From Phyllobates terribilis (lineage: Eukaryota), in contig NW_027362767.1 of NCBI RefSeq assembly GCF_046119375.1, positions 317,068,001 through 317,132,000 on the forward strand: a stretch of DNA of 64,000 nucleotides, read 5' to 3'. Below the pieces are notes generated by a model. That model made no database searches, had not been told where the DNA came from, and was given only the letters and a program-made list of their open reading frames with translations. The translations under genes were made by a program, and so were the position numbers. Shown piece after piece: positions 32,961-47,881 of the stretch (the first letter of the stretch is position 1; every line of letters begins with the position of its first letter).

Positions 32961-35900
32961 GGAGGGGAGATGGCTGCCACTGATACATATGTGTGTATGT
33001 ACAATATACACCTGTGTGTACAGATAATGCATCTATACACTGACCTGTGTGTACAATATACACCTGTGTGTACAGATAATGCATCTATACACTGACCTGT
33101 GTGTACAATATACACCTGTGTGTACAGATAATGCATCTATACACTGACCTGTGTGTACAATATACACCTGTGTGTACAGATAATGCATCTATACACTGAC
33201 CTGTGTGTACAATATACACCTGTGTGTACAGATAATGCATCTATACACTGACCTGTGTGTACAGATAATGCATCTATACACTGACCTGTGTGTACAATAT
33301 ACACCTGTGTGTACAGATAATGCATCTATACACTGACCTGTATGTACAATATACACCTGTGTGTACAGATAATGCATCTATACACTGACCTGTGTGTACA
33401 ATATACACCTGTGTGTACAGATAATGCATCTATACACTGACCTGTGTGTACAGATAATGCATCTATACACTGACCTGTGTGTACAATATACACCTGTGTG
33501 TACAGATAATGCATCTATACACTGACCTGTGTGTACAGATAATGCATCTATACACTGACCTGTGTGTACAGATAATGCATCTATACACTGACCTGTGTGT
33601 ACAATATACACCTGTGTGTACAGATAATGCATCTATACACTGACCTGTGTGCACAATATACACCTGTGTGTACAGATAATGCATCTATACACTGACCTGT
33701 GTGTACAATATACACCTGTGTGTACAGATAATGCATCTATACACTGACCTGTGTGTACAGATAATGCATCTATACACTGACCTGTGTGTACAATATACAC
33801 CTGTGTGTACAGATAATGCATCTATACACTGACCTGTGTGTACAGATAATGCATCTATACACTGACCTGTGTGTACAATATACACCTGTGTGTACAGATA
33901 ATGCATCTATACACTGACCTGTGTGTACAATATACACCTGTGTGTACAGATAATGCATCTATACACTGACCTGTGTGTACAATATACACCTGTGTGTACA
34001 GATAATGCATCTATACACTGACCTGTGTGTACAATATACACCTGTGTGTACAGATAATGCATCTATACACTGACTTGTGTGTACAATATACACCTGTGTG
34101 TACAGATAATGCATCTATACACTGACCTGTGTACAATATACACCTGTGTGTACAGATAATGCATCTATACACTGACCTGTGTGTACAATATACACCTGTG
34201 TGTACAGATAATGCATCTATACACTGACCTGTGTGTACAATATACACCTGTGTGTACAGATAATGCATCTATACACTGACCTGTGTGTACAATATACACC
34301 TGTGTGTACAGATAATGCATCTATACACTGACTTGTGTGTACAATATACACCTGTGTGTACAGATAATGCATCTATACACTGACTTGTGTGTATATGTAT
34401 TGTGTATACCTCAGTGGGAACATATTGCATTTAATGTATACATTGAGGTGTGTATGTATTTATATGTACCATATATCTATCCTGTGTATACATATAATGC
34501 ATGTATACACTGACTTGACGTGTGTGTATATATATATATAGATATATATATATATATATGTACCATATATATATCCGTGTGTACATTGACGCGTGTAAAA
34601 TATGTTTCAACGTACACACTGTATATACTTGTGCACATGTATGACCTGTATACTCAGTGTGTGCTACACTGTACATGTCCTGTCCGTACCAGTTGTATAT
34701 AAAGATAGTGCTGTATACTCATGTATATCCTTACCTGTGTATATTATGCATACAGTAATATCTATATAATGTGTACCGGTATGTGCCCCTACCTGTGTAT
34801 GGAGATATATATATCAGTGTACATATACACCTGTTCTCTGCATGTACTCACTATTTATACCGTCTATATACTCTCATGTGCCCCTGTCTGTATATATCTC
34901 ACACACACATCACAGGTGATATACACCTAATCTATAGCTAATAATAGTCGTGTCCTGTAGACTTACATTCTGTGGCTTATCACCATGCCCGTATGATATA
35001 TACATAGTATGTGATCTGTACAACCCTTATCCAATATACTGTGTATATAATATTTATTAGTGGATATATAATGTTGATGCTGATTTGATAGTAACCTATA
35101 TATCACGCATAGATGACAATAAATGTAGGTGATAATTACATTCTCCAGAAGCCGATTCCAAGAGATTAGCAGCCTGGGTGAATACCACCCAACCCCTGTG
35201 ATTTGTCAACCAGTCCTACTGTGTATACAGGGCATGCTATTACCTGTGTATATGGTGTGAACAGTAATATACCTACATAATGTATACACTATGGAAAAAC
35301 TGACAAACCTGGCCACTATGGTGATTTAAAGGGATTATCAAACTTTCTTCAAAACAGCTGCAAATGGTATCAATGAGTCTGCAGTGATGGTCCGCCGGTC
35401 CTGCCAGCTTGTGACCGCTGCAGCAATATAATGACTCCGTGTTCATCACGTGACCGCTGAGGCCACCGGCTGTGCACAAGCAGCCGGCGCGTGACCGCTG
35501 AGGCCACCGGCTGTGCACAAGCAGCCGGCGCGTGACCGCTGAGGCCACCGGCTGTGCACAAGCAGCCGGCGCGTGACCGCTGAGGCCACCGGCTGTGCAC
35601 AAGCAGCCGGCGCGTGACCGCTGAGGCCACCGGCTGTGCACAAGCAGCCGGAGCGTGACCGTTGAGGCCACCGGCTGTGTAGAAGCTGATAACACTTCGA
35701 CCACATCAACCAGATACTGGGCGGAGCGCTGGAGCGTGTGTCATCTTTACATAGTGATGGAGCACTAACATTTCTTTTTTGCAGCCATTTTTACAAAAAA
35801 AAGAAAAAGTGAAGTTGTGCGATCCCTTTACAATATGGCCAGATGTCTGTGGTCTGCATCTGGGTGTCACTGGCCTGTATTGGCAGAGACTAGACAATAG

Positions 35901-38900
35901 TGGTAGATAATCGCGTATCGATGTCCCGTTTTTCTAGCGTTAGATTATCTGTGGCGGATGATGAAACAAAGCATCAGGCTACAAGCATCAATCAGGGAAA
36001 AGTGCTGACGTAGAGCCTCCTAATACAGGGTGCATCATGGAAGCTAGGACGTATCGCTCCAGGGCAATGCTTGTAGGGAGACTGGTGATGGATGGGCACT
36101 GGTGTGCACGGCTAAAGATGATGACCAAAAAGTGTGACTTGGCCCCTTCATTTTTCATTGTAAGTGTGTAATGCTTTTCTTATTTTATAACCTGTAGTGT
36201 AGATGAGGCTACAGGGGGCTGTGCAATGATTATGGGTTATAGATGAGCCTACAGGGGGCTGTGCAATGATTATGGGTTATAGATGAGCCTACAGGGGGCT
36301 GTGCAATGATTATGGGTTATAGATGAGCCTACAGGGGGCTGTGCAATGATTATGGGTTATTGATGAGGCTACAGGGGGCTGTGCAATGATTATGGGTTAT
36401 AGATGGGTAGGGGGCATGAGACATGCAGTGGTACGCACATTGGATACACAGTAGAAGGTAAGGAGCCAGGTACATGATCATTTTGTGTTGTCACTTCTGT
36501 CTTGCAGATAGATATGAATATTAGTGTATAAAGTTTTGTCTATAGCAGTGGCATCCAGATCATAGTTTTGGTGTTCCAGTGAACAGATCCCAATCATCAT
36601 GCCACTGTTCTGGCAAGTTGGAGGGCACAGACTACAGTATTTAAGTTACTTCTGTTCTCTACTGTACAAGGACAACAGGACCACAGAGGAGCGATGTATG
36701 GTGTATTTTCACATTGAATGTTTTTTCCAACTAATATTTTTTTGCTTCTGGTCTCTTGTAAACTTGGCAGCGGAATATTTTTATCATTTTAAAAGGAAAT
36801 GCTGGAATTTTTTTTACAAAAATACACAGCCGCAAATATACCACATGTGAGTAAAGATACAGGTGCATCTCTCTAAATTAGAATATCATCAAAAAGTTAA
36901 TTTATTTCAATTCTTCAATACAAAAAGGGAAACTCATATATTATATAGAGTCATTACAAACAGTGATCTATTTCAAGTGTTTATTTCTGTTAATGTTGAT
37001 GATTATGGCTTACAGCCAATGAAAACACAATGACATTTCCATTTCCAAAAAGCTTGTCAGCAGAGGGAAGCATGAAGTGCTGTAAAATTTCCTGGTAGAT
37101 GGCTGCACTGACTTTGGTCTTGATGAAACACAGTGGACCTACACCAGCAGATGACATGGCTCCCCAAACCATCACTGATTGTGGAAACTTCACACTAGAC
37201 CTCAAGCAGCTTGGATTGTGGCCTCTCCACTCTTCCTCCAGACTCTGGGACCTTGATTTCCAAACGAAAATTGGAACTCTGGGACCTTGTGGAGTGTGTC
37301 AATGACAGCCTTCTGGACATCTGTCAAGTCCGCAGTCTTCCCCATGATTATGGAGCCTACTGAAAGAGACTAAGGGACTTTTTTTAAATGCTTAGGAAGC
37401 CTTTGCAGGTGTTTTTTGTTGATTATTATAATTTACTGAGATAATGACTTTTGTGTTTTCACTGGCTGTAAGCCATAATCATCAACATTAACAGAAATAA
37501 ACACTTGGAATAGATCACTCTGTTTGTAATGACTCTATATAATATGAGTTTCACTTTTTGTATTGAAGAACTGAAATAAATTAACTTTTTGATGATATTC
37601 TAATTTAGTGAGATGTACCTGTATTTTCTGAAGGAATCTTTGTAGTTTGCCAAAATTATTTAAAGGCTTTTTCAAGACTGGATAACTAGTTATGACCCAT
37701 TCTCATTTTGGGCTTCACTTAGGCACTGTTGTGCACATTTTCTAGTGGTGATTACTGATATTGCAGCCTATTTCCATGCACTTTCATGGGGCTTGCCAGT
37801 CAAACCGGGCACAGCGGCTACTGAAGGCACTAAGCCCAGCCTGGCAAACAATCAGGAGAATGAGGCGTTCACTGAAGTTCCACTGCCCCTTTATTTGGCT
37901 GATTGGGGAGGTGCCAGGAATAGGACCCCCACTGACCTCCTATTAGTGGCCTATTCTAACGATAGTTCATTAGTATTGCTGTCCCACTACACCTTTTAAT
38001 GTAATCCTATTAGAACTGTAGGAGAATAGGCTTATTAACATGGTCCTACATAATCCTAGTTCCTGCATTATGTAATAAAGACGTTTTGATCCAGCATTCA
38101 AAATTAGTACTGAAAAGCCATGGGGCAGTGATGGCTTTCTCCAGAAGAGTGATGCTGGCCGGTCCCTAAAAGTGCCCTTTGTGACTTGACTGACAGCCCT
38201 CTGGCCAGGATACGTCATCACAAGCCAGCTACGGAGCATTTGCACTGGAGTGGGATGTACTGGACTCTGCTTCATCTGTACAGGGATGCCACAGGAGCTA
38301 GTAGTGTGTGATGATGTGTCCTGGCCTGAGCCTGTGCTGGTCAGTGAGGTGCAGTCTGACAACCTTCTGTTAAGAGGATAACTGGATTCTTGTATGAAGA
38401 AATAGTTTATATGCTTTATGGGATTTTTGAGTACTCACCCCCAATATTTTTAATGATTTATGATGTTTGAGTTTTAATTTTACGCACTGTTCTGCATCAT
38501 ACAATGTTTTTTTTCTTAAATCATTTTGCTCAGATTGTACAGTGAAAGCTGGAGCTACATGGCGATTTTTGTCAGAGACACGGATCACTCGGCCACAGAT
38601 CACTTTATTGCCGATTTTATGGAGGTGAATGTACTCACATTGCAGCTCCCAAGAGACTACAAGCAAGAAGCAAGACATCTATGGTTCCAAATTTTTGTGA
38701 CTTGCTTGTCAGTACTTTTGCTGGTGGCATTGTGTCCCCATTCACCTGCATTAATCTGTAATGTAGAGCAATCTTTGCCTGCGTGACTTGTCGTGGTCAA
38801 ATTTGCTATGTAGCCTGAGACTAAAGATGACATGTGATTAATAATTGTGGTGTAGATTGTGTGCTCATATTGAGATATCATGAGATGATACTGCGGATTG

Positions 38901-41900
38901 TAACGTGCCTGACTACTTTCCTCCATTCTTGCACGCCTATTCTTTGCCCTTCTCACCGGATTACATTTCATATATAAAATGTCATCATGTGTCTGAGGCC
39001 GCAGGGACATATTATTGATGTGGTTGTGTCATATGGCCGTACACGGGTGGCATGTTGCCACCTACCATATGCAAACACAATGTGTCTAGTGGGGAGCAGC
39101 GGCTCATACGTATAAAAGGACAGTGTAAGGTGTATCTCTGGGGTCTATACGGTATAAAAGTAAAATAAAGTGGCTGCACAAGAAATGTTTTTATTGGTAT
39201 ATATGAGCTTAAACTCAAGATGCAGGTAAATTCACAAGCATATAAAGGCAGTAGTGGCTGTCAGATGCAAGTCAGCCTGTCAGCTGAATGAGGCCTCATT
39301 CAGACATCAGTGATTTATTTATTTATTTATTTTTTTCCATAAGCAAAAACACAGTCCATTGTTAGTGTTTTTTTTGGGTCCAAGTGTCATCAGTATTTGG
39401 TCCGCGTGTCCGTACAATATGGATGGTCCCTAACTACTATATATCCTGCCTCTCCATGGGCCAAACCAGCCTCATCTGAATGGGGAGTGAAAAGGAAACC
39501 AGGCAGCTAATAATTAATATCTTGTATGGGAAATATGGGTGGTTTTTTCTTTTTTTATAAAGTGTACATATTCTTTCTGTGAAAATCACAAATAGAACAC
39601 ATTTGTGATTCACGGACGTCTGAATGAGGCTTAAATGTGATACAAATGTTACATTTATGGGGATTGAAGCACATTATATACTTCTTTATAGCCACTTTCA
39701 GTTGATCGCAGGGATTGCCCAATCCCTCAGTACCAGGAAGTGCCGGGCACTTATAATGTACTGGCAGCTACTTACACATGATCTGTATCCACTGGTATGG
39801 CAGCTGAGAGCGGCACAATATTCACCTGTCCTGTGTACCCTAGCATAGTAGAATGGTAAACTCCCGTACACCCTGGCATAGCAGCACTGCAATGTTTGGT
39901 CTGGCCACGGATCTCCAGACTTGATTCAACAGCCTTGTAGGCAAAAGCCTATAAAGTCTTATCTAAACAGGAAAAATCCTTTGCAGAAAGACTTCTGCTT
40001 TGGAAAAGTAATGATTAAAAACTATTAATGAACTCAGTGTTATTAGAGGGGAATTCCAACTTCAGGACACTCAGGCATTCGTCAGTTTCTCTGTGAAGCG
40101 CCCGCTATGTTTGTCTTTACATAGACGGCATGGTAATATGTACAGGACCTGTGCCAGGCGGTGGGAGTGGGAGCTGAGCTGCCAGGTTCTACCACATACC
40201 TTAGCTGATTGCTGTGGTCTCCTTTAGTGTAGTAAACTTATCAGGAATCAAAAAATTAAGTATTCAAAAACATACAGCCCTGTAAAAATATTTTTTTTTT
40301 TTGTCCATTTTACGGTATTGAATTTTTAAATGCATGCTGGTGCTAGTTCTGCTCTTGTTTCTGGTATAGAATTGTACAATAACCTGAATTCCCACAATCC
40401 TGAAGAAAACTTAGTAAACCATTTCTTAGGCTCCTTCTCTGTACAAGGAAATTGCTGATACATTTATGGATGATGTAGGTTATTGGATGTCTATAGTAAC
40501 TGGGAAGAAATGCAATGTGTTATCATTGGATCGCCCTATGCTTTATTAAGGATTGTAACTTTTGTGTTTTATCAGATCTTATCCAATGTACAAATGAAAT
40601 GAATGTTAACATACCGCAGCTGGCTGACACGCTCTTTGAACGGACTGCCAATGGTAGCTGGGTTGTAGTATTCAAAGCCCTGATCACAACACATCACCTT
40701 ATGATGTATGGTAATGAGGTAAGATTACATTTCTTATAAGGCCATAGTTCTGCAGTAAAGAGTGATAAATTCTCTAATATAGTACAATGAATATTGTAGT
40801 ATATCTGTGTTTGTGGTGTTGACCTTTTATTATTGATTGCCTATCCTTATGATGGGACCCTCACCAATCTGTCACTGATGACCTAACACCCCTTTTTGGA
40901 GGTGTTGCGTCATTCAGATGTACACTGAACAGAGAAAAGCCAAGCTTTGTATAGTGTGTAGTGGTTGTGCGCAGGCGGGTGCTGCTGCTCTGCCCCCATG
41001 GAAGTGTTTGGCAGCGAAGGCTGCAGCCCTGGAGAATGTCCCCTACAGTATACGGGGCTGTGCTGCACGGCATTACACACTGTGTATATCTGCTCTCTGC
41101 TGGAGCTGGCAACAGCTGATTGATGGGGTTACCTAAACACCAATCTAATATTGAGACCCTAAAGATAGGCTATCAGTTTCAAGCAACTACTTTAAGCAAG
41201 AGCAATAGAATAAAGAATTATGTGATCTTATTACAAATATATAAAGTTAAAAAAGAAACAAGCATTACATTGGGTCTAGTGGGCATCTTCCTCCACTGGT
41301 ATAGGAAATAAAACAGGAGATCTCTGACCCAGATGTTGAAAGTGTTGATGCTGGCACAGACTGAGTTGTTGCTGATTAGGGTACACTTCAGTGCATTTCC
41401 AGGACCCTTGGATTTCTGCTGTGGTTTTGCAGTGTATGTGCTGCAGTTGTGCTTGAGGACTAGTCCCATTGTTGGTTAATGAGGCTGATCTTGCCTTCCC
41501 TGTAGCATGCAGGGCTGCAGAAACCTCCATCACGTGCATGGGATGCGCACCGTTGCATGTCCCAATCTGTGTGAAAACCAACATGTATGAATGGGGCCGA
41601 ATATTCAGTTATTAGTCAATCATTTGCCAGCAGCAGACAAGGAAACTTATATTCATTTCAGAGATTTACTTTTGTTTTTTAAATAATAATTTTACGAGAC
41701 ATTGATTACTGCTCCAAATAATTAATTTTCTTTCCTTTTAAGCGATTCATTCAGTATCTTGCATCCAGAAATACATTATTCAACCTCAACAACTTCTTAG
41801 ATAAAGGTGCTATGCAAGGTAAATTAAACTGTATTTTTAACCATTTAATACATAATTTGTCAGCTCCCTTTTTAAAGAGTAGACAGTAGCAAACACGTAA

Positions 41901-44900
41901 TATATTTATTAGAGAAGTATGATTCTCTCCCCAGATCTCAGTAATTTCTTCTTTTCTTGCAATGACCATTCATTCTCAAAAAAATGCTCCAATCTGTCCA
42001 CAGTTCTGTCTTCCTTAGGAATCAAATTACAACTTTTGCCTATAAGCGTCTTTGAGGAGCGGGGAAGCTGGAATAAGATAGGAGCAGACAAACTGATGAG
42101 GCTCATAGTGCAGAGGAGAAAAATAGCTTAAAAATGCAGGATACAAGGCATATAAATGGGTAGAAATGGTGTTATTCATCATGTACACATACAATGTATT
42201 TAATTCTGAAAGGACAGATATACCGGTACTCTTGAATGTCCCTTTTATTGCCACCTTTCCCATGCTTCTTTTGTTTCTTAAATGAACATGAAATTAAAAG
42301 ATCGATGTTCACTAAGTTTTAAACCTTATCTACCACCCTCCAGGCTATGATATGTCAACCTTCATTAGGCGTTACAGCCGGTATCTGAATGAAAAAGCGC
42401 TTTCCTACAGACTTTTGGCAGTGGACTTCACCAAAATGAAAAGAGGGTACGTAAAACAAGGGCATAAATTACTGTACGTACTTGAGTTTTGCTTTTTTTT
42501 TTTAAAACTTATTTCTCTGTCCTTCTTTTAGGATAGACGGGGTTATGAGAACGATGGCTACAGAAAAGTTATTGAAAACTCTTCCTATCATTCAGAATCA
42601 ACTAGACGCTCTGCTCGATTTTGATGTAGGTACATGATTGTCTTGCGACTGTCATGTCTGTATTGCTTTTTTGTTTTAACTGCTTTGTATATACTTTTAT
42701 TTTAGGCAAACCCAAATGAATTAACTAATGGTGTTATAAATACGGGCTTCATGCTGCTATTCAAAGACTCTATTCGATTATTTGCTGCCTACAATGAAGG
42801 AGTTATTAATTTGTTAGGTATGTCATCTTCTGCTCAGTAATGTCTGTCAATATATCAGCCTCATTGAAGTTTTAGTACGTTTTATAAATCTGTTGGGAGA
42901 CAAGGGGATACATACACATCTTTGTAAGTTATTAACTTGTCATAGCGGATGTTCATTCACCTTGTGTTTAATACAGCCTTTAGCAACAGGTGTGGGAAGA
43001 CCCCACTCACAGGATATTCACCCAGCATTTATACTTCATAGCAAACACTCAAATCATAGATGTGATCCAAAACAATATTTAATAAAAGACCTTTCCAAGT
43101 TTGCAAAACATGTCCTACCCTTTTTTGAGGTAAGGGGGTTTTAACGCCTTAATGACTGGCTGTTTATTTTTTCCCTCTTCACTTTTCTGCAGCCGTAAAA
43201 TAGTTATTGTTTTATGCAGCTGCATGAAGCATCTTGTTTTATGCTTGACAAATTGTATTATTTCTTTACCACTATTTTAGGGTGTATAAATTGTGAAATA
43301 AATATATATATTATAGATTTTTATTTTTTTTTTTCAATCGGTTTCCACAGAGCTCATCAAAATCTCTGGAGAACATTTTCTTTTTTTTCACTGAAACTGG
43401 GGCATCTACAGAAGTCCCAATTACAAGTGAAAACAGTAAATGGGAATACCCCTTTAATGTCAATCCAATCTCCAATATCCTATCTCAATATGTAGTAGGT
43501 GTCATAATAATATTTACAAATGCCTACAATTAGAAATGTAGTATAATTCTTCTGATTTGCCATGTTACTTACCCCATGTGCAGGGCATTGCAGTAGTTTA
43601 GGTATCCATGGTTATGACCACTAACTACTAGCTGTCACTCTTAGAGTGGTTGTAGCCCTTGATACCTAAGCTACTTTAATGCCCTGCACATGGGATAAGC
43701 AACATAGCAAATCAGAAGAACTATACTACATTTCTAATTGGAGGTATTTGCTAATATTATACCTACTATGATTTGGGATAGTCTAGTATCTTGGAGATGG
43801 GGAAAACCCCTTTAAGTCACTGTCAGATCTGATCTTGGTCAGCTAGGACCCGGTGATCATGTGATCTCTAGGTCCTATAGAAACATCAGCACCTCATTAG
43901 GCGGTTTGCAAATAGAAGATAGAAGTAGTGATAAATCGCTTTTGTCTTTTCTCCCCAGGGTCCACAGCTATTTCTGAAAGCAGGAGACTGAAAACTAGCT
44001 CCTAGTATATTATGCCCTAAATGTACAATAGCACCAGGGTTAAGGCCCAGGACCAAGCGCCGTAGATTTATTGCACTTGGTCCTTATAAGGGTAATTATG
44101 GCATATTTATTTTTAGATCTAATTGAAGAGAATATTATGGAATCACATTGTAATTTTGGGCTCTTCTCGTTTCATCAAAAGAATAGATTTGGTGATGATG
44201 AGGTTATTTTACAACGATCATGCATCTTGCCGTGGAGCAAAGAGCATGTGAAAGCTTTTCTTTGGAAAACATCAACTAGATGAAAAGGCCAGCAAATAGT
44301 CTGGATTTTTATGCAGTTGAAAAAAATTCATGATGGCAGGGGGAAAAAAATAAAATGGTGAATTACTAGGGTCCAATCTGCAAAGATGCTCTGTCAATTG
44401 CTGTTTGAGGGACCTGGAGCGAGCTTTATGTAAGATATTGGTTACCCTAAGGAAAGCTCGTGGCTCAATTTTGGCGCATGGGATTGCATGTCATAATACG
44501 CCCCTTACACTGACTCTGCACCCATTTCTGGCTACACCATGCCCCAATGATGTGTCTGATGCAAAAAGCAGTGTTTTTTTGTTTTTTTTTTATCTGTAAA
44601 TTATTGAATTTAGCCTAAATATTGTCCATTGTGTTTTGCAGGTAATGCACAAATGTGATTAGCGCTTTATCCATTTTCTGTCGTCTTATATATATATGGA
44701 GCAGGCTCAGGAGCTAAGCCTGCACCATACCTGGCAGATGCTGGCTGTGTTACAACTGGCATCTTCCTGTAACAGCAGTGACCGGACCTTGCCCTGATTG
44801 CTACTGTTTAACCTTTGACAGCAGCATTTAAATGGCACAATTGCAAATGCACAATGTCTGTTTTTTTGTTTGTTTTTCATTGTATTGCCCCACTTTTTTT

Positions 44901-47833
44901 TCTCTAGTTTTTGGTTATCGTAAAATGAATGGTGTCATTCAAAACTAGATCCCTGATATAACTATGTCTTCATAAAAAAGTCATGAATCCTCCTAGGGAA
45001 AGAGCAAAAAAGAAAAACCGAAGGTATAAAAATAAATAAAAAATTGCATGGTTTAGGAGGGGTCAAAATCACTCTGGAGCTTGTACCTTTTTACACAGCT
45101 CATTAATAACTGATTCTGGAGGAACTTTGGCTTCACCTCAGTGGAGAGTAAAAACAAATCATCTAATTGAGAAAAATAAAACTTGAACATTTTTTACAAA
45201 AACTTTTTTTTAACATTTCTAGCACATTTAAATAGTAAAAAATAGTTAAAGGGGTTTCTTTTTACATATTTAAATGCATGCATTTAGCCTAAAAAAAATA
45301 ATTTTTACAGTTCGGCTGCGTTTCAAATGTTGCTCAGTTTTACCTTACAGGTTCCTTGTTTCCCAGTATATTCAACTTTGATGTGGTCACAAATCATTTG
45401 AGAAGAGCTAAAAAAAAAAAAAAAAAAAAAGTTAAGATCTATTTACACAGACATATTGTCACCCCGGTCTGATAAATTGATTATTTAGCTTTGACCAATC
45501 AATGGAGATTTAAATGCCTATTTGCAAAGGCAGACCAAATTAAATGATACTCACTGAGCGATCTATACAAGATAATTCAGAGCACACAGGCTCCCATGTT
45601 TCCCTGCAGTGTGAGTCCTGTTTACACAGGAAGATGCACCACTGAGAACGATGATCTTTAGTGCTGCACAGATCATTTCACTCAATGAACAAGAGTTGTT
45701 CTCGTTAATTGGGTGATCAGCAGTCTGTTTCACACTGAAAAATATTTGTGAAAACCAAGTGTTTTTAACAACTCATTCACAACTATCTTGTAGTGTAAAT
45801 GTGTCTTAAGCTCTCCCATTAGACCTTAGACCGAGCTCACTGAAGGATTCTCAGTAAACTCGTTCTGCTACCAGCAATGAGCTGTGCAGCACAGAGGACG
45901 TATAAACTGCAATTCTTTTTTTTTTTTTTATGAAACCCAATTAGAAAAATTACTTTCAGCCAAAAACAAGTCGTACATTTAAGTAAAATAATTGTTCCCA
46001 GAGTTGAACAACCCTTTTAATATTTTGTGTTTAAAGCAGATATTTCCTGTTGAGTAGGTTCAGTCTTGCTCGTGGAGTGAGCCAGCTAAAATGTGCCAAA
46101 ATGTTCTCACTGCGGGGCAACTCCTCCACGTTTCCAGCTAAGATAAATCTCTCCATCCCTTCGTCTGCTTCCTATCAGACTTTAAACTGTAATTTACTTG
46201 AGGGTGTTTTTTTTTTTTATTGGGTCCTTGTTAATAAAACGCCATAAATGTCACTGCTTTTTTTCCCGAGTAGTCTTGCTTGCCAAAAATACTTAAAATG
46301 GGTAAACCTATCCACAAAAAGCTACAATTAGCACAATTTTCATGAATAGTTGCAGAATAGAACGATATCGGGTATTTTTTTTTTTTTGTCTTAATTCCTA
46401 ATAAGTCATTATTCCCCAGTTCATTCTGTTCTCTTCCAGCATGAAACATTAGTCACTTATCCATTGGATGCATAATAAATGCTAGATTGGGGGGCTCTAC
46501 TGCCGGGACACCTGGATCACCATAATGGGGGTAGTCCGCCTCCACCCGTATGACAATGCAAAATGGGGAATTTAAATAAATTGTTGATCCAGCGCCCTGC
46601 TGCTTCATTATAATACTATGGCACTGACAGAAACAGCTGATTGCTCTACTCAACTTTCTTGGTTCATGACTTTTAATTGGAGCTGCAGCTTGAATGTCTA
46701 ACCAAGGTCCTGATTATTGGTGGGGAATCCTGCCCTAGCCAATATCTGGAAGATTTTTTTTTATTGTATTTATTTGGTGCAGAGATCATATCATATATGA
46801 GTAATTGATCCTAAATAATTATGACACTTTGTGTGTACCCTTCCTTTTGTTTGCAACAGAGAAATACTTTGATATGAAAAAGAACCAATGCAAAGAAGCC
46901 TTGGACATTTATAAAAAATTTCTTGCTCGAATGACCAAATTGGCAGAATTCCTCAAAGTGGCAGAGGTCAGTATTTTCTTTCCTGAGTGGAAGGGGCCTC
47001 ATGTAGCTTTTGGCACTGGTACAGTAGCATGGCTCATGCATGATACAAATTGAATGCTCTTAAGAGATTTTGGATTTGCCAATGGTTAATGAATGTAAAT
47101 ATAATAGCACCCAGCAAATGCATAATTGCTTGTTGCCATTCTTGTTTTACTTCAGATTTTGTCTTGTGACCAACAGCAACTTGCAAGTTTTTTTTCTTTC
47201 TATCCTTTGCTACTTTTAAATGTCCTGCATCATTCCTTGCCAGAATGGCATGAAGCTTGGTTCGTGTTCGTGCTGCTGATCTTTGCATTTGGAGTTGCAC
47301 TAACAACAGCTGCATGATGTTGGCGCATTTTTGCAAGATTACATTTCCTGGCTCTTCTTTGCTTTTTGCGTTTTTTTTTTTTTTCCTTATGTTTTTGGCT
47401 TTGTTTTTTTTTTTTTTTTTGCAAGTGCCACTGTACCAGTCCATTACGTTAATAAAGGCCCTTTTACCTTCATACTGTGTGTAAGCATTCAGTATCCACA
47501 GCACTCTCCATTGCCGCTGCATGAAGTAATGTACACTTTTCTCCCCCCCTTCCTTTTTTGTGAATTCAGCAAGTTGGAATTGATCAGGGTGACATTCCAG
47601 ATCTTACTCAGGTCAGTGTGCATTTCACATTCATTTAATTCTTTTCACATTCCTTTAGGTCTATGTCTTTTATTGCTTTTTTTCATAAACCATATTCATG
47701 AGAAGTTTTCTCTTCCATTTGCATCTTTTATGGAAAAACATTCATGTGAACTGGTGTCTTCAGATGTCCAACTTCAAATAAGTATGTACGCTTTTCATAA
47801 TCTAAAGGAAACCGATAATCCGGATACTTCACC

Positions 47834-47881
<48 letters not shown>

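Noticed and set aside
32997-34393. Many MHYLYTQVY... ORFs, and CRISPR-like regularity
   Set aside because: Translations of a minisatellite. There are no unique spacers and no cas genes, and the context is eukaryotic.
47612-47760. YCAY (NOVA-type) cluster after exon 8
   Set aside because: The tetramer is common in AT-rich introns, and exon 8 is part of the conserved core.
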